From contig OX597826.1 of assembly GCA_951406725.2 (NCBI GenBank), forward strand, positions 79,174,001 to 79,238,000: a stretch of 64,000 nt of DNA, written 5' to 3'. Within the stretch, counting starts at the first letter, position 1, and each line of letters begins with the position of its first letter. The stretch is from Octopus vulgaris. Taxonomy: Eukaryota. The position numbers and the translations under genes are program-made. This document shows positions 27,901 to 38,414 of this stretch, piece after piece. The notes under the pieces were generated by a model. That model worked only from the letters and a program-made list of their open reading frames with translations. It searched no databases and was not told where the DNA came from.

Positions 27901-30900
27901 TTACCTATTACTCGGTAGTGTTAATAAGAACACATACAAATGATATTCACACACATGCGTGCATGCATGCACGCGTGTGTGTGTGTAGATGATGTATGTA
28001 TAAACACCTAAATTATATTGCGTGTATGTTTAATACAATTCCGTGTCTGTTATCTTTCCAGTTACCTTGACAACAAAGTGTTTGTATCTTTGGCCAATGG
28101 AGACCTGATAGTCTACAGACGTGATATTGGTAAGTTCTCTTCCATCATACTCGATCGGTTGTTTTTGGAGGAGTCGGCTGGGTGGTGGGGGGATGGGTAT
28201 TATTGTAACTCAGCTTTCTTTATGGGAAGATGAAATCTTCAAGGGCGTTTCTGTGATCTCAGTAGTTTATGGGGCACCCTTCCAGGGTTGATAAAAAAAA
28301 AAGTACTACCCAAATATTGGGGTCACTTATAATCAGTTGTTGACCCCCCCCACTCACACACACGCTAAATGTGGGTCCTTGTGCCTCTTTAGGAAATTAT
28401 TAAATGTAGAGGATCGACAGAAACATTAAATTATTAGAGAGATTGTCTTGTGGCAAAAATAAATGTTTGACAGATGCAACACAGAAAGAATTAGAAGAAG
28501 GCAAATGAATTGTATTCGTGTTCAAAATGTGATGCTTTTATTTAGGGTTTTCAAACAATGCTGAACAAACATGTATTACAGGAAAATTCACTCTGTGTGT
28601 GTGTCATCATCATCATCATCATCATTGTCGTTTAAAGTCTGCTTTCCATGCTAGCATGGGTTGGTCGATTTTGACTGAGGGCTGGCAAACCAGATGGCTG
28701 CACCAGGCTCCAGTCTTGATCTGGCAGAGTTTTTACAGCTGGATGCCCTTCCTATATGCCAACCATTCCGAGAGTGTAGTAGGTGCTTTTTACGTGCTAC
28801 CGGCATGGGAGCCAGTCAAGCGGTACTGGCAATGACCTTGCTCGAATCTTTTTACACATGTCACTGGCACAGGTGCCAGTAAGGCGACGTTGCTAATGAT
28901 CATACTTGAATGGTGCCCTGGTACATGCCACCGGCATGGAAGCCAGTTAACCGCTCAGGCAAGGATCACGCTTGGATGGTGCTCTTGGTACCCTACTAGC
29001 AGGGGCACAAGTGCCAGTAAGGCGACGCTGGTAACGATCACACTTGAATGGTGCCTTTTATGTGCCACTGGCATGGAAGCCGGTTAGCCGCTCTGTCAAC
29101 GATCACACTTGTATGGTGTAGCCTCCTGGCTTCCCAGACCCCAGTCGAACTGTCCAACCCATGCCAGCATGGAAAATGGACGTTAAACGATGATGATGAT
29201 GATCACAAAGCCTACAGGAACTGAGTAAGTTTCATAGACAGAAATTGTGTGGAAGTCTGCTCTGTGTGTGTGTGTGTGTTTGTCTTTGTGTCTGTTTGTC
29301 CACCCCCATCCCAACCACTTCACCACTAGTTGGTTTGTTGGTTTCTATTGTTGAACTGCTAAGTCACAGGGATGTAAACAGAGTAAGTACCAAACTTAAG
29401 AAAATAACTCCTGGGGTCAAATCGACTGAAACCCTCCAAGATGTTTCCCCAACATGGCTGCTGTTTAATGACAAACGAGTAAAAGACAAAAAGGTAAGAA
29501 ATTGAATCCGGCAGTTTTTTGATCCTTAATTTGATTCTTTCCAGATGGCCAATGGGACACTGAACACCCATACACAAGGACTCTCGGATCAGTTACATCG
29601 CCAATTAATAAAATGCATGCTGTTGCTGGCAAGTTGTGGTGTGGTTCTCAAAACAGCATTTGTATCGTCAACCCTCTGACCTTGAAGATTGAGGTGAGTA
29701 ATTTTGTGTTACTCATTATGCTTTAGTCACTTATTATGTATCAAATGTCAGATCAGCTGGTCAAGAACTGCAGATGATTCCACTGGTTACAAAGGCCATG
29801 AGGGAATCATCCACACAATTGCTCAAGCTATTAGGTTGTCAAGAAAGTTATTGCGGTTTTTAACTTTTAAATTCAGATGCATATATCTCGGCTCAAACAA
29901 AACTTTATTAATCGAAGTAAACACCATCAGACTCATCACACTTTTGCCAACGCGAAACAAGTTTATTTATGCCAGTAGCGTAAGAATCCTGCGTTCTGGT
30001 GGTGATGAAGTCGTTGAAGGTGTGTTTGGCATCGTCTTGGTTTTTGAAGCATTTCTCATGCAGGCAGTTGTCGAGATGCTTGAAAAAGTGATGGTCGGTA
30101 GGCGAGAGGTCTGGTATGGCAGATGAGGTAGAGTTTCGTAGCCCAATTCTTTCAACTTCTGCTTGGTCAGCTGTGCGATGTGCGGCTGAGCGTTGTCGTG
30201 GAGAAGAATTGGTCCTTTTCTATTGACCAATGCTGGCTGTTGTTGTTGCAGTTTCTTATGCATTTCATGCATTTGCTGACAGTACTTCTCTGCCGTAATG
30301 GTTTCGTTTGGATCCAAAAAGCTGTGATGGATGAGACGAGCTGCAGATCACCAAACATTCGCCATGACCTTCTTTTGGTGCAACTTTGGCTTTGGGAAGT
30401 GCCGTGGAGCTTTGTCAGCATCCAACCACTGAGCTGAGTATCACTGGTTGTCATAAAGAATCCACTTTTCATTGCAAGTCCCAATCCGGTTGAGAAACGG
30501 GTTCATTCTTGTTGTATAAAAGAAGGAAAGACGACTTTTCAAAACAGCGGGGGTTTTTTTCGGTTGTCATTCAATTCGTGCGGCACCCATTTCTCAAGTA
30601 ATTTTATTTTTCCAATCTCTTTCAAGTGGTTGGAAATTGTCGTATACATTATGTCTAATTCAGAAGCAAGCTCTCGAACACTTAGTTGATCGTTGTCAAC
30701 ATCCAATGGCTGACCACCACGCTTATAATCTTCAAGACTCTCGTCACCACTAGGAAATTTCTTGAACCACCATTGGGCTGTACGTTCCTGGGACAAACGC
30801 ATCGTTGATATCACGAGTGTTTCAGCAACTTTCCGGCCTAACTTGAACTGGAATAAGAAAATTGTGCGAATTTGCTTTTTGTCCATGTTGTATTCAACGT

Positions 30901-31158
30901 TCCGGAAAAAATGGACTAATTATTCAAAAATAAAAAAAGGAACATGATTAGATAGCGCGAAAAACGGGCTTTAAAATTATGTATAAAGTCAAAGTAATTT
31001 AATGAAAATTAATTTGAAAATACATAATTTAAAACCAAAATTAAAAATTTCGCAAGAACTTTTTTGACAACCTAATACTAGAAAAAGCAATCAAAGTTCT
31101 CACAAGTAACGCATAATCATTTGAAGAAGAAAAGAGACACCACCACCAACCTCTGTTA

Positions 31159-31198
<40 letters not shown>

Positions 31199-34100
31199 AC
31201 TGTGTAACATGATTTTTGTCCCTGAGTAACAACTGTTATTTCCTGTTTGCTTACCCACTAGAAATTATGATAATTGAGTAATATTTCCTTCAAACTTTGC
31301 TTCTGTTATGATATTTACTCAAACCCCAAAGAATCTCTTTCAACACATGGCTATGATGCTCCCCGACTACTCCTGCTCCTGATCAGAGATGCACTTGTTA
31401 GCAACTACCATACATGCTAAAGCAGTTAAGGTCAAGCAACTGACAAGCAAATCTGTGGTGTTGAGCAGGATATTTGTTATAACGATATTTCTGCTTCAGC
31501 AACTCAGCGCTGAATCTGTCAGAAATGTAATGGGGAAAAGGTCAGTTTCAAAACATTCATGTCCAGGTCACAAAAGCAAAGTTTGAAGGGAATGGTAGTC
31601 ATTTCCCTTGATGTCTAGACAGAAGCAAATAAGAAATAACACTGACAAAGACAAAAAAATAATAATAATTTTGTTACACATTGTTATTATTGATGTCCAT
31701 TCTTGCAAAGAGCTGACAGAGTTTATCGTGGCAGACTGTTTGAAGCCAGGTGCCCTTCCTGTCACCAATCCTCACCTGTTTCCAGGCAACTTAATATTTC
31801 CTCACACCCAGACATGTTCTCATAGAATATTGGAACCAAATGGCACTGCTTGTTTGCTCAGCGACTCTCACCTGTAATTATCATGTAATGTCAAGACAAA
31901 AATATGCACCACTATACACCGACTCACATATATGTCAGGCTTCATTCAGTTTCCATCTACCAAATCCATGAAACAACCAGTAATATACTAATATCGATTC
32001 AGTTGGCATGACAACTCTGAGAAATTTGTGTTTCAGTTTTTGTTGTCTTTCCAACTGGAAACGGTGTTTCCTAGGGCTAAATAACAGTAGCATTCTTCCC
32101 TTTCATGGGACTCTCACGTTAAGTTGACAACATACTATCACTTTAATTTTTTTTCCATTATCTTGGAATTATGTCTTCTAAGAAATTTGTGTATTTGTGT
32201 GATTTTCATTTCTGCTTTTTCTCTTCCAGCATCAGTTCAATGTGAACCCTGACCCGTCACGCTGTGTCCAGTGTATTGTCTCCTCAGGCCAAGGAGTGTG
32301 GGTTGCCCCTCAACAAAGTGCCAAAGTAAACCTCTACCATGCAACCACCTATGAGTTTCTTCATGAAATCAATGTCACTGCTGCTGTCACACACAAACTA
32401 CAACGTAAGTCGTTCATCTTTTCTGCTCCTTACAAATTTTGCTGACAGAGTTTGCTCCAGCTGGTCGTGGTCATTGTTTGTTGTTGTTGCTGTTGGGTGG
32501 CTAATTAAGTGACCCCCCGGTTAGGTTTCAGAAGTTCAAGGCCCAAAACAGCCTGCGATTACGGCCTTGGGGTGATTCAACAAGAAAGATTCCGATCAGT
32601 AGCTCAATCAACTAGAAATAGCAGTCAAATATTCAATCCAGTGACACTCTGCTGTCTTCAAGAAGGCATAAAATACACATTGGGAACTGTAGTCCTAGAT
32701 ACATGAGAAGAACCCCTTTTGGTCATTAATGACCATGGGATTGTACCTAGAAAGTTCCCCTCTAAGGCACAAGTCCGGGCAAGTTTGTTTTTATGGAAGA
32801 TCAGAAGTCGCCCATGCATACCAGCCTCCCGTCTCCACACCACAGATGTTATCCAAGGGAAAGGTAAAGGGGCCGATACAGCTTGGCACCTGTGACGTTG
32901 CAACTCATTTCTACAGCTGAGTGAATTGGAAATAAAGTGTCTTACTCAAGAACACAACACACAGCCCGGTCCGGGAATCGAACTCACAACCTCACGATCA
33001 TAAGCTTGACACTCTAACCACTGAACCATGCACCTAAACACACATTTTGTTTAAATGAAAGATCGGATGATCAATGCTAAAATGATTTTGATTATCATCA
33101 ATCTGCTTGATCAAGGTTGAACTGGAGAGCTGAACAGCAGCAGCAGCCCCAACAATGATGTTGATGACATCATCATCATCAATGTTGTTTGATAATCGTA
33201 TGAAACTCGTCCCATTAAATAAGTCCATGGGCTCTGGAACGAGGGAAATTTTAAAATATTGAGCAACATTCTTGTTTAAAGAATGTTTGATGAAATCCTT
33301 AAGAAATTGTTTGTGGTTCTTTGCCATGTTTGGAGAAGGTGCACAATTGCTGGCGAGGCAACTTTCCGATGCCTGGTCGAGTAAGAGGGTTAGGGTTAGG
33401 GTGGTGAGCATGCTTGGAAGCCATGGGCACAAGCCTTAGTGAAGCCAACTTGGTGGTAGTCATGTTTGGAGAAGGAAATTGTAAGGTGGGTGGGGGGGAG
33501 AGATTTATTTAGTTGATGATGTAGGATATTCCTAAGTTGTTTATTGTTGGTATAAATATTGATTTTTAATTTTGGCACCAATTTCTGGGGGTGGGGTTAA
33601 GTCGATTACATTGACCCCAGTACTCAACTGGTACTTATTCTATTGATACTGAAATGATGAAAGGTAAGATGGACCTTGGTAGAATTTGAACTCAGGATGT
33701 ACAGAAAGCCAAAATGTCTGCTGAGCATTTTACCTGGTGTGCTAACGATTCTGCCAGTTTGTTACCTCATTTGTTTGTGTCAATATTGATAGTATTTAAT
33801 AGGTCCAGAGCCAGTGCCATCTGAATGGCACCCTTGCCGGTGGCACATAAAAAGCACCGTTTGAGTGTTGGGCCTCATGCAGACAATGAGAACCCGTTAT
33901 CTCTTCAGTTTTATTGCAATGTTAATCGAGGCTATACCAGTAAGACTGATAAGTCAATGAGATCACCATTGCTGTGGCCATGCTACAGCTATACAATCAG
34001 TGTAAAATAACACTCCAGATTGTGTTCCATTTGTGTCCTGTCTGTATTAAATGTTTGCTTTCTTTCTTCCTCTTCTTCTTCAGTGGCTGATGACATCATC

Positions 34101-36505
34101 AGGCAACACAAGACGGCCTGCCTGCGAGTGACGGCTTTGTTAATCTGCAAAGACTTGCTGTGGGTTGGAACCAGTGCTGGAGTGATTCTCACCATTCCTG
34201 TACCGAAAATAACCTCCACCACAACACACAGTAACATCAATTGTCCAGCAGTTACAGGTGAAACTTCTTTATATCCTTGCTCTCCTCTTTTAGCCTTTTA
34301 TGCTCTCCTTCTCTCCATATTTTACCCTCTCTTCATTTCTGTATTAGTAAAGTGTTTGTCCCTTTATGTGTGTGGCGTAATGTGCAAAGTTCTTCCAACT
34401 AGTGACAGACCAGACAACTGGAGGCAGGTGAGGAACCTGGATTTTTACTTGAAGAGTGATAAATATTATTTCTTTTACTTTTTTACTTCAGTCATTTGAC
34501 TTTGGCCATGCTGGAGCACTGCCTTTGGTCAAACAAATCGACCCCAAGGCTTTTTTGTAAGCCTAGTACTTATTCTGTCGGTCTCTTTTGCCAAACTGCT
34601 AAAATTATGGAGACATAAACACACCAACATCAGTTGTCAAGTGATGGTGGGGGGGACAAACACAGATAGTCACACACACAGGCTAACAGATATACACCCA
34701 CACAGGATTGGAGCCTGGTGCAACCTTCTGGCTTGCCAGCCCTCAGTCAAACCGTCCAACCCATACCAGCATGGAAAGCGGACGTTAACATGCACACACA
34801 CACACACACACACATATATGACGGGCTTCTTTCAGTTTCTGCCTACCAAAACGCTTTGGTTGGTCCAAGGCTATAGTAGAAGACATTTGCTCATGGTGCC
34901 ATGCAATGGGACTGAACCCAGAACCATGTGGTTGGGAAGCAAGCTTCTTACCACACAGCCGCTCCTGCACCTGTATTTACCTGTTGCTATAATTTTGTAA
35001 GAACCCCCCCCCCCACAACTCAGTTTGGAATCAGTGATAGAAATTTGCAGAAACTAATTACTACTACTACCTCTACTACTACTATATGCACAAGGCCTAA
35101 AATCTTGAGGGAGGGGGGCTTATTGATTACACCCCCCCCCCCGTGCTCAACTGGTTCTTATACTATCAACCCTGAAAGGATGAAAGTCAAAGCTGACCTT
35201 GCCAGGATCTGAACTCAGCTGGAAGAGACGGCACTGAGCATTCTGTCCAGTGTGCTAACAATTCAGCCAGCTCACCACCTTGATTAGAATAATAATAATA
35301 ATAATGATAATGATTTCAAATTTTGGCACAAGGCCAGCATTTGGTGGGAGTGGGGTAAGTTGATTACATTGACCCACCCCCATCTCTCTCCACACACACA
35401 CACGGGGATCAACTGGTACTTATTTTATCAACTCCAAAAGGATGAGAGGTAAAATCGACCTCAGCAGAATTTGATCTCAGAATATAAGAATGGAAGAAAT
35501 GCTGCCAAGCCTTTTGCCTGGCATGCTAATGACTCTGCCAGTTCACTGCCACCTTAATTTAAGAAAATGAAAATTATAATTTCTTATTAACATAATAATA
35601 ATACAGTTCTATATTTAAGAGATGAGGAATTATGTACATTATTTACATTTGATGGATATTTGTCCTCATCTTTTTGGCTGATATATCCTCCAGCCTTCAT
35701 CAGGTGTCTTGGGGAAATTTCGAACCTGGGTTCTCATTCCTAAGGTATTTTTCAATGTTATTATTATTCATATGGTGTAGTGGTTAAGAGCACTGACTAC
35801 TAACCCCAAGATTCCGAGTTCAATTCCAGGCAGTGACCTGAATAATATTATTAATAATAATAATAATAATAATAATAACAACACAGGAAAATACCTTAGG
35901 AATGAGAACCCAGGTTTGAAATTTCGCCAAGACACCTGATGAAGGCTGGATGGTATATCAGTCGAAATGTGTTAAGAAACAAGATGTAAATGATGTAATA
36001 TAATAATGATTTTAATTATAATAATAATAATAATAATATCTATGTTTTGTTATTTTCCTTGGTTCTAGGTTTAGTTTATGGTCACACTGGACATGTACGA
36101 TTCTTGACAAGTGTGGAATTACCCAACAGCTCTGGACAAAAAACTGAATCTGTGACATCTTGCACTAGCTTTGGTTCCAGTAATAACCAACAACAACAAC
36201 AGCAGCAGAGTTACACCTCCAATACTACTATTACACCTACTACGAATACCACTACCACAGCCACGGTCACGAGCAGCTCAATGAGTGAGACGCCAGAAGA
36301 AGAACCCACATCGCCTGTTGTTGAGGGTAACTTATCCTTGCAGGAGATTCAGCGACGGTCATCCATGGCCACCACCGCAACGATGGCCACTCGCATGCTG
36401 GTGATTAGCGGTGGTGATGGCTACGAAGACTTCCGCAACAACGTTGCTAACGAAGCTGCTGGTCGTGACGACAGCACCAACCATCTCCTGCTCTGGCAGG
36501 TCTGA
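6422..36505 (+). CDS. ARHGEF17: Rho guanine nucleotide exchange factor 17-like gene, 5'-partial; 17 exons: 6422-6589, 7948-7998, 9718-9821, 10965-11053, 14328-14440, 17946-18061, 18432-18523, 20121-20194, 21765-21967, 23806-24020, 25105-25231, 26748-26834, 28062-28129, 29545-29693, 32230-32404, 34084-34257, 36069-36505
   Basis: Exons joined by hand at AG/GT sites give 2442 nt (813 aa + TGA) with consistent phases. Motifs TPKDHPD, KTRAGMQFSCAA, EVWVCNSDGYVG, MWLGTEDG, VFVSLANG, IIRQHKTACLRVTALL, GHTGHVRFLT and GDGYEDFR..GRDDSTNHLLLWQV match ARHGEF17 as I recall it. Earlier exons lie upstream of the window. Confidence 0.95.
7948..7998 (+). CDS. ARHGEF17: ARHGEF17-like exon (LAAPDRTYLRHDMVQIM, start of PH domain)
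   Basis: tttgtag acceptor, gtaagt donor, 51 nt, phase 0/0. Confidence 0.88.
9021..9402 (+). mobile_element. tRNA-derived CORE-like SINE, family A
   Basis: A/B boxes, GGCACCTTGGGCAA CORE-like block, internal (TA/TG)n, tail ATGACTGAAACAAATAAAAGA. Confidence 0.85.
9718..9821 (+). CDS. ARHGEF17: ARHGEF17-like exon (SKKDQCCIWMFSDLIIISSTKRKNG...)
   Basis: ttgcag acceptor, gtaagt donor, phase 0/2; FSDLII PH-domain motif. Confidence 0.9.
10271..10470 (-). mobile_element. RTE-type 3' UTR fragment (family C) with (GAT)n tail
   Basis: Reverse complement of the sequence ending the RTE at about 49800-49930. Confidence 0.7.
10965..11053 (+). CDS. ARHGEF17: ARHGEF17-like exon (QSPTGQDFAENIKHKICLRVGLDDIEVLK)
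   Basis: ttttgcag acceptor, gtgagg donor, phase 2/1. Confidence 0.85.
11244..11668. mobile_element. Inverted-repeat element carrying a hammerhead motif (Penelope-like terminal repeat derivative)
   Basis: IR pairs about 11244-11283/11456-11491 and 11420-11458/11625-11665; the block 11507-11601 recurs at 32052-32145. Confidence 0.55.
11304..11344 (-). ncRNA. Minimal type I hammerhead ribozyme motif
   Basis: Minus strand CCAGA-CUGAUGA-UGAG caauga CUCU-GAAAC-UA-GUC-UCUGG: stem I, intact core, stem II, palindromic ACUAGU stem III, GUC cleavage triplet. Confidence 0.72.
13040..13225 (-). mobile_element. tRNA-derived SINE, family D (degenerate)
   Basis: Minus-strand head GGCATGTGGCCAAGTGGTTAGGG...GGGTTCAATTCC; similar to 25345-25622. 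Confidence 0.65.
14028..14220. repeat. (CAT)/(CAC) trinucleotide microsatellite
   Basis: Direct inspection. Confidence 0.95.
14328..14440 (+). CDS. ARHGEF17: ARHGEF17-like exon (DPSSLSQRSTIEREQIEDDMHLLNQISDISSRLNCSKQ)
   Basis: tttccaaag acceptor (the nearby cag at 14332-14334 is out of phase), gtaagg donor, phase 1/0. Confidence 0.82.
14516..14935 (+). mobile_element. SINE family B, head-to-tail dimer
   Basis: Full unit 14516-14750, then a 5'-truncated unit restarting at GTATTTCGTCTG. Confidence 0.85.
15779..16200 (+). mobile_element. SINE family A, full length
   Basis: Near-identical to 9021-9402 and 51148-51548. Confidence 0.88.
17010..17490 (+). mobile_element. SINE family B tandem multimer
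   Basis: Three successive family B units or partial units. Confidence 0.82.
17946..18061 (+). CDS. ARHGEF17: ARHGEF17-like exon (NLDETIKEIASNLTKQLSD...KLELQITT)
   Basis: ctttcag acceptor, gtaagt donor, phase 0/2. Confidence 0.9.
18432..18523 (+). CDS. ARHGEF17: ARHGEF17-like exon (EKVFNLIVVFLTPEKRLSWETVFLDAKHKL)
   Basis: ccacag acceptor, gtaagt donor, phase 2/1. Confidence 0.9.
20121..20194 (+). CDS. ARHGEF17: ARHGEF17-like exon (LLSDKRAPEFLLPLQITKTRAGMQ)
   Basis: ctgcag acceptor, gtgagt donor, phase 1/0. Confidence 0.93.
20426..20699. mobile_element. hAT/Charlie-type MITE
   Basis: Ends TAGTTGTTTTC.../...GTTGAGAACCTCTG; exact 8-bp TSD GTCTAGTC at 20418-20425 and 20700-20707; related fragment at about 15623-15778. 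Confidence 0.8.
20775..21215. repeat. Degenerate (GAT)n low-complexity tract
   Basis: Direct inspection. Confidence 0.85.
21765..21967 (+). CDS. ARHGEF17: ARHGEF17-like exon (FSCAA...EVWVCNSDGYVGHMCLLSLQPEP...ARILCICAVP)
   Basis: ttgcag acceptor, gtaagt donor, phase 0/2; strongly conserved motif. Confidence 0.95.
22830..23385 (+). mobile_element. Degraded RTE LINE 3' coding fragment
   Basis: VKGRLYDVCV*SVILHG and KTWEELVK..TKDRD motifs, homologous to about 49100-49550. Confidence 0.75.
23806..24020 (+). CDS. ARHGEF17: ARHGEF17-like exon (Ser/acid-rich insert SSMKNRRN...ESESSDDD...LCVE)
   Basis: accag acceptor (in-frame alternatives at 23809 and 23812), gtaagt donor, phase 2/1 fits both neighbours. 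Confidence 0.82.
24265..24503 (-). mobile_element. SINE family B, full length
   Basis: Reverse complement of 14516-14750. Confidence 0.88.
25105..25231 (+). CDS. ARHGEF17: ARHGEF17-like exon (...ALKSTMWLGTEDG)
   Basis: tttccaaag acceptor, gtaaag donor, phase 1/2; WLGTEDG motif. Confidence 0.88.
25345..25622 (-). mobile_element. SINE family D
   Basis: tRNA-like head on the minus strand, followed by a TTCTTGAGTAGAACACTTCATTTCAC block. Confidence 0.7.
26748..26834 (+). CDS. ARHGEF17: ARHGEF17-like exon (CIHIFLCTDNIKTTKNKLKIQHVAPVYCI)
   Basis: tctacag acceptor, gtaagt donor, phase 2/2. Confidence 0.92.
27175..27640 (-). mobile_element. RTE 3' UTR (family C) with internal imperfect tandem repeats of about 60 nt
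   Basis: (CAT)n start, TTCCATGCTGGCATGGGTTGG, repeated GCCAGT..CTGGCAACGA.C.CGCTCGAATG units. Confidence 0.78.
28062..28129 (+). CDS. ARHGEF17: ARHGEF17-like exon (YLDNKVFVSLANGDLIVYRRDI)
   Basis: tttccag acceptor, gtaagt donor, phase 2/1. Confidence 0.94.
28605..29203. mobile_element. Family C copy (minus) fused to a plus-strand family C tail, forming a foldback
   Basis: (CAT)n..TTTCCATGCTAGCATGGGTTGG at the left end; CCAACCCATGCCAGCATGGAAA..(GAT)n at the right end. Confidence 0.75.
29545..29693 (+). CDS. ARHGEF17: ARHGEF17-like exon (DGQWDTEHP...AVAGKLWCGSQNSICIVNPLTLKIE)
   Basis: tttccag acceptor, gtgagt donor, phase 1/0. Confidence 0.93.
29831..31075 (-). mobile_element. Near full-length Hsmar1-like (cecropia subfamily) mariner with a frameshifted transposase
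   Basis: TIRs TTAGGTTGTCAAGAAAGTTATTGCG / CGCAAGAACTTTTTTGACAACCTAA with TA on both sides; fragments MDKKQIRTIFLFQFKLGRK..WWFKKF..WVPHEL and LLHDNAQPH..ELGYETLPH. Confidence 0.93.
32230..32404 (+). CDS. ARHGEF17: ARHGEF17-like exon (HQFNV...SGQGVWV...LYHATTYEFLHEINVTAAVTHKLQ)
   Basis: cttccag acceptor, gtaagt donor, phase 0/1. Confidence 0.93.
32700..33035 (-). mobile_element. tRNA-derived SINE (family D-related, different tail)
   Basis: Minus strand GCATGGTTCAGTGGTTAGAG..GAGTTCGATTCCCGG A/B boxes and a TGTGTTCTTGAGTAAGACACTTTA block. Confidence 0.8.
33565..33770 (-). mobile_element. SINE family B
   Basis: Reverse complement of family B. Confidence 0.72.
34084..34257 (+). CDS. ARHGEF17: ARHGEF17-like exon (ADDIIRQHKTACLRVTALLICKDLLWVGTSAGVILT...)
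   Basis: cttcag acceptor, gtgaaa donor, phase 1/1. Confidence 0.94.
34470..34975 (-). mobile_element. SINE family A with a nested family C fragment (about 34700-34790)
   Basis: Reverse complement of family A, interrupted inside its microsatellite. Confidence 0.8.
35090..35555 (-). mobile_element. Two adjacent SINE family B copies
   Basis: Two reverse-complement family B units separated by (AAT)n. Confidence 0.72.
35602..36000. mobile_element. Palindromic tRNA-head/hammerhead element, copy 1
   Basis: Left arm 35602-35770 inverted relative to right arm 35839-36000; central A box TGGTGTAGTGG and B box GAGTTCAATTCC; the arms carry GACAC-CTGATGA-AGGCTG..CAG(C/T)C-(G)AAA. Confidence 0.78.
35931..35973 (+). 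ncRNA. Hammerhead-like motif (core intact, stem III/cleavage site degenerate)
   Basis: GACAC CTGATGA A GGCTG gatggtatat CAGTC GAAA T GTGTT. Confidence 0.55.
36069..36505 (+). CDS. ARHGEF17: ARHGEF17-like terminal coding exon (GLVYGHTGHVRFLT...GRDDSTNHLLLWQV*)
   Basis: ttctag acceptor, phase 1, TGA at 36503-36505; diagnostic C-terminus. Confidence 0.96.
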
Positions 36506-38381
36506 GACAATTTTTCCCTGACTTTGCTCTTGTTTCCTGTTAATTATTCAACTATTGATTAATCGGGTGATTAATCTCCGTTTCTCTCTATACGATGCCT
36601 CTTTCTCTCCTCCCCCCTTTCTCTCAAACTTTGGTTCCTTACACCCAGATGACCTGTGTGTGCACGCGCGCGCATGCGTGTGTGCATGCATGTGTGTGTG
36701 TGTGTGTATGTGTGTGCAATGTAAGGCTGAAGGGGGTGAGTGTGGAGAACCATTAATTTTTGAGTCGACCCATGCGAGACACTCTCCGCTGTAGAATGGC
36801 GGAACCGAACGAAAGACGAACAACACAAACACGGAAAGACGAAATTTGTAAACATGAGCTTTGGTGTCCAAGAACATTTTACGATAATACATGTAATACA
36901 TATGTACATACATAAGGACATGCATATATACATACATGCATATATATACATATATATATAATGTGTGTGTGTGTGTATATACAGTGAAATGATAGCAAAT
37001 TTGAGGAAATATTTGGTGCTGCGTTGAAAGATATCAATTTGGTTGTGACATCTGATCAGTGAAAAATATTAGTGAGTATTAATTGTTGAATGAATTAACT
37101 AATTAATAATATATATATATAGAGTATTTATTGTTTATTGTATATGTGTATGTACATATCTATATATATACATATTTATATCTATCTATATATATATATA
37201 TTATGTACATATATAGATATATACATACATGTAAATGCAGATGAACGCTAAAAATCACACATTGACGTACAAAATATATATTATAATCGTAAACATTGCA
37301 TACATACATTACATGCATATGTACACACACACACGCATATATACATACATAATCACACTGTGAAGTGTGCGTGCGTGCATGTCTATTTAAAGGAGGGTGA
37401 AGTAAAAGCGTTTCCTATTTAATATCTATTTTTTCTCATATATATATATATATGTATATATATGTGTGTGTGTGTATGTATATATATGTATATTTGTATA
37501 TATATATATATATATATGTGTATATATATATATATATGTATGTATATATATATATATACACATACATGCATACACATACACACTTATATGTGTGTGTATT
37601 TGTTTTGTGTAAAATCAGAATCTATTTGAGACTATTCAACATTATGAGACGACTTCGTTGAAAACAATATTTTTCTATTAACATGGTTATTTTTATACAA
37701 ATAATATATGCATATATATCCATGTGCATATGCATACAAACATTATCAAGTAAATATATATATTTTCTTCTTTATATATATATATATATTTATATGTATA
37801 TATATATATATATATAATGTTGTTCTTCATGATTGTTGGAATTAAAAAAGAATTTTTTTCCATTATTCTAAAGATATTTCTGCCCCATTCCTTCCTGACA
37901 AACTGCTTGGCTCCTGCCTCGCGCCCTGCTCTGCCCCAATCTGTCACAGCATCTACAAACACCACACAAACACATACAAAAAACTTCATTTCAAGGAGAA
38001 AGCTTTCTTCTTTGTTTTTACAATTGGTTAGCAAGCAGGACCCCTCGTTGCCCTTTTTTTTTTTTATCTCTGCTGCCAGTTAATTTCTGAAGGTTTTGGT
38101 TATGAACAAACATAACGATGGGCAGCGCTGAATCACATATTTGTGTGGAAAAAGGATTATTTTTGTGTAGTTTTTGTTTTTTGTTTTGTTTTTTTTTTCT
38201 CTAAAAAAAACTTCTATTTTTTTAAATCCCATTATGGGAGGGAGATTAGGAGTGGATTCATAACCTAATTATATACACCCCCCACCTCTTCTTCTTCCTC
38301 CTAATTAGCCCCTTCACCTCACCCCATCGTCTTTCTGTCTTCATTGTTCCCCCCACCACCTCTTAAGTCAATGACTCACAC

Positions 38382-38414
<33 letters not shown>

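Noticed and set aside
28790-29110. CRISPR-like repeat array
   Set aside because: Imperfect tandem units inside an RTE 3' UTR; no unique spacers, no cas genes, eukaryotic context.
33190-33560. Minus-strand frames faintly reminiscent of a Penelope ORF
   Set aside because: Motifs too weak and out of order to support a call without a search.
35769-35840. tRNA gene
   Set aside because: A and B boxes are present but there is no proper acceptor stem; it is a repeat head, like the other SINE heads.
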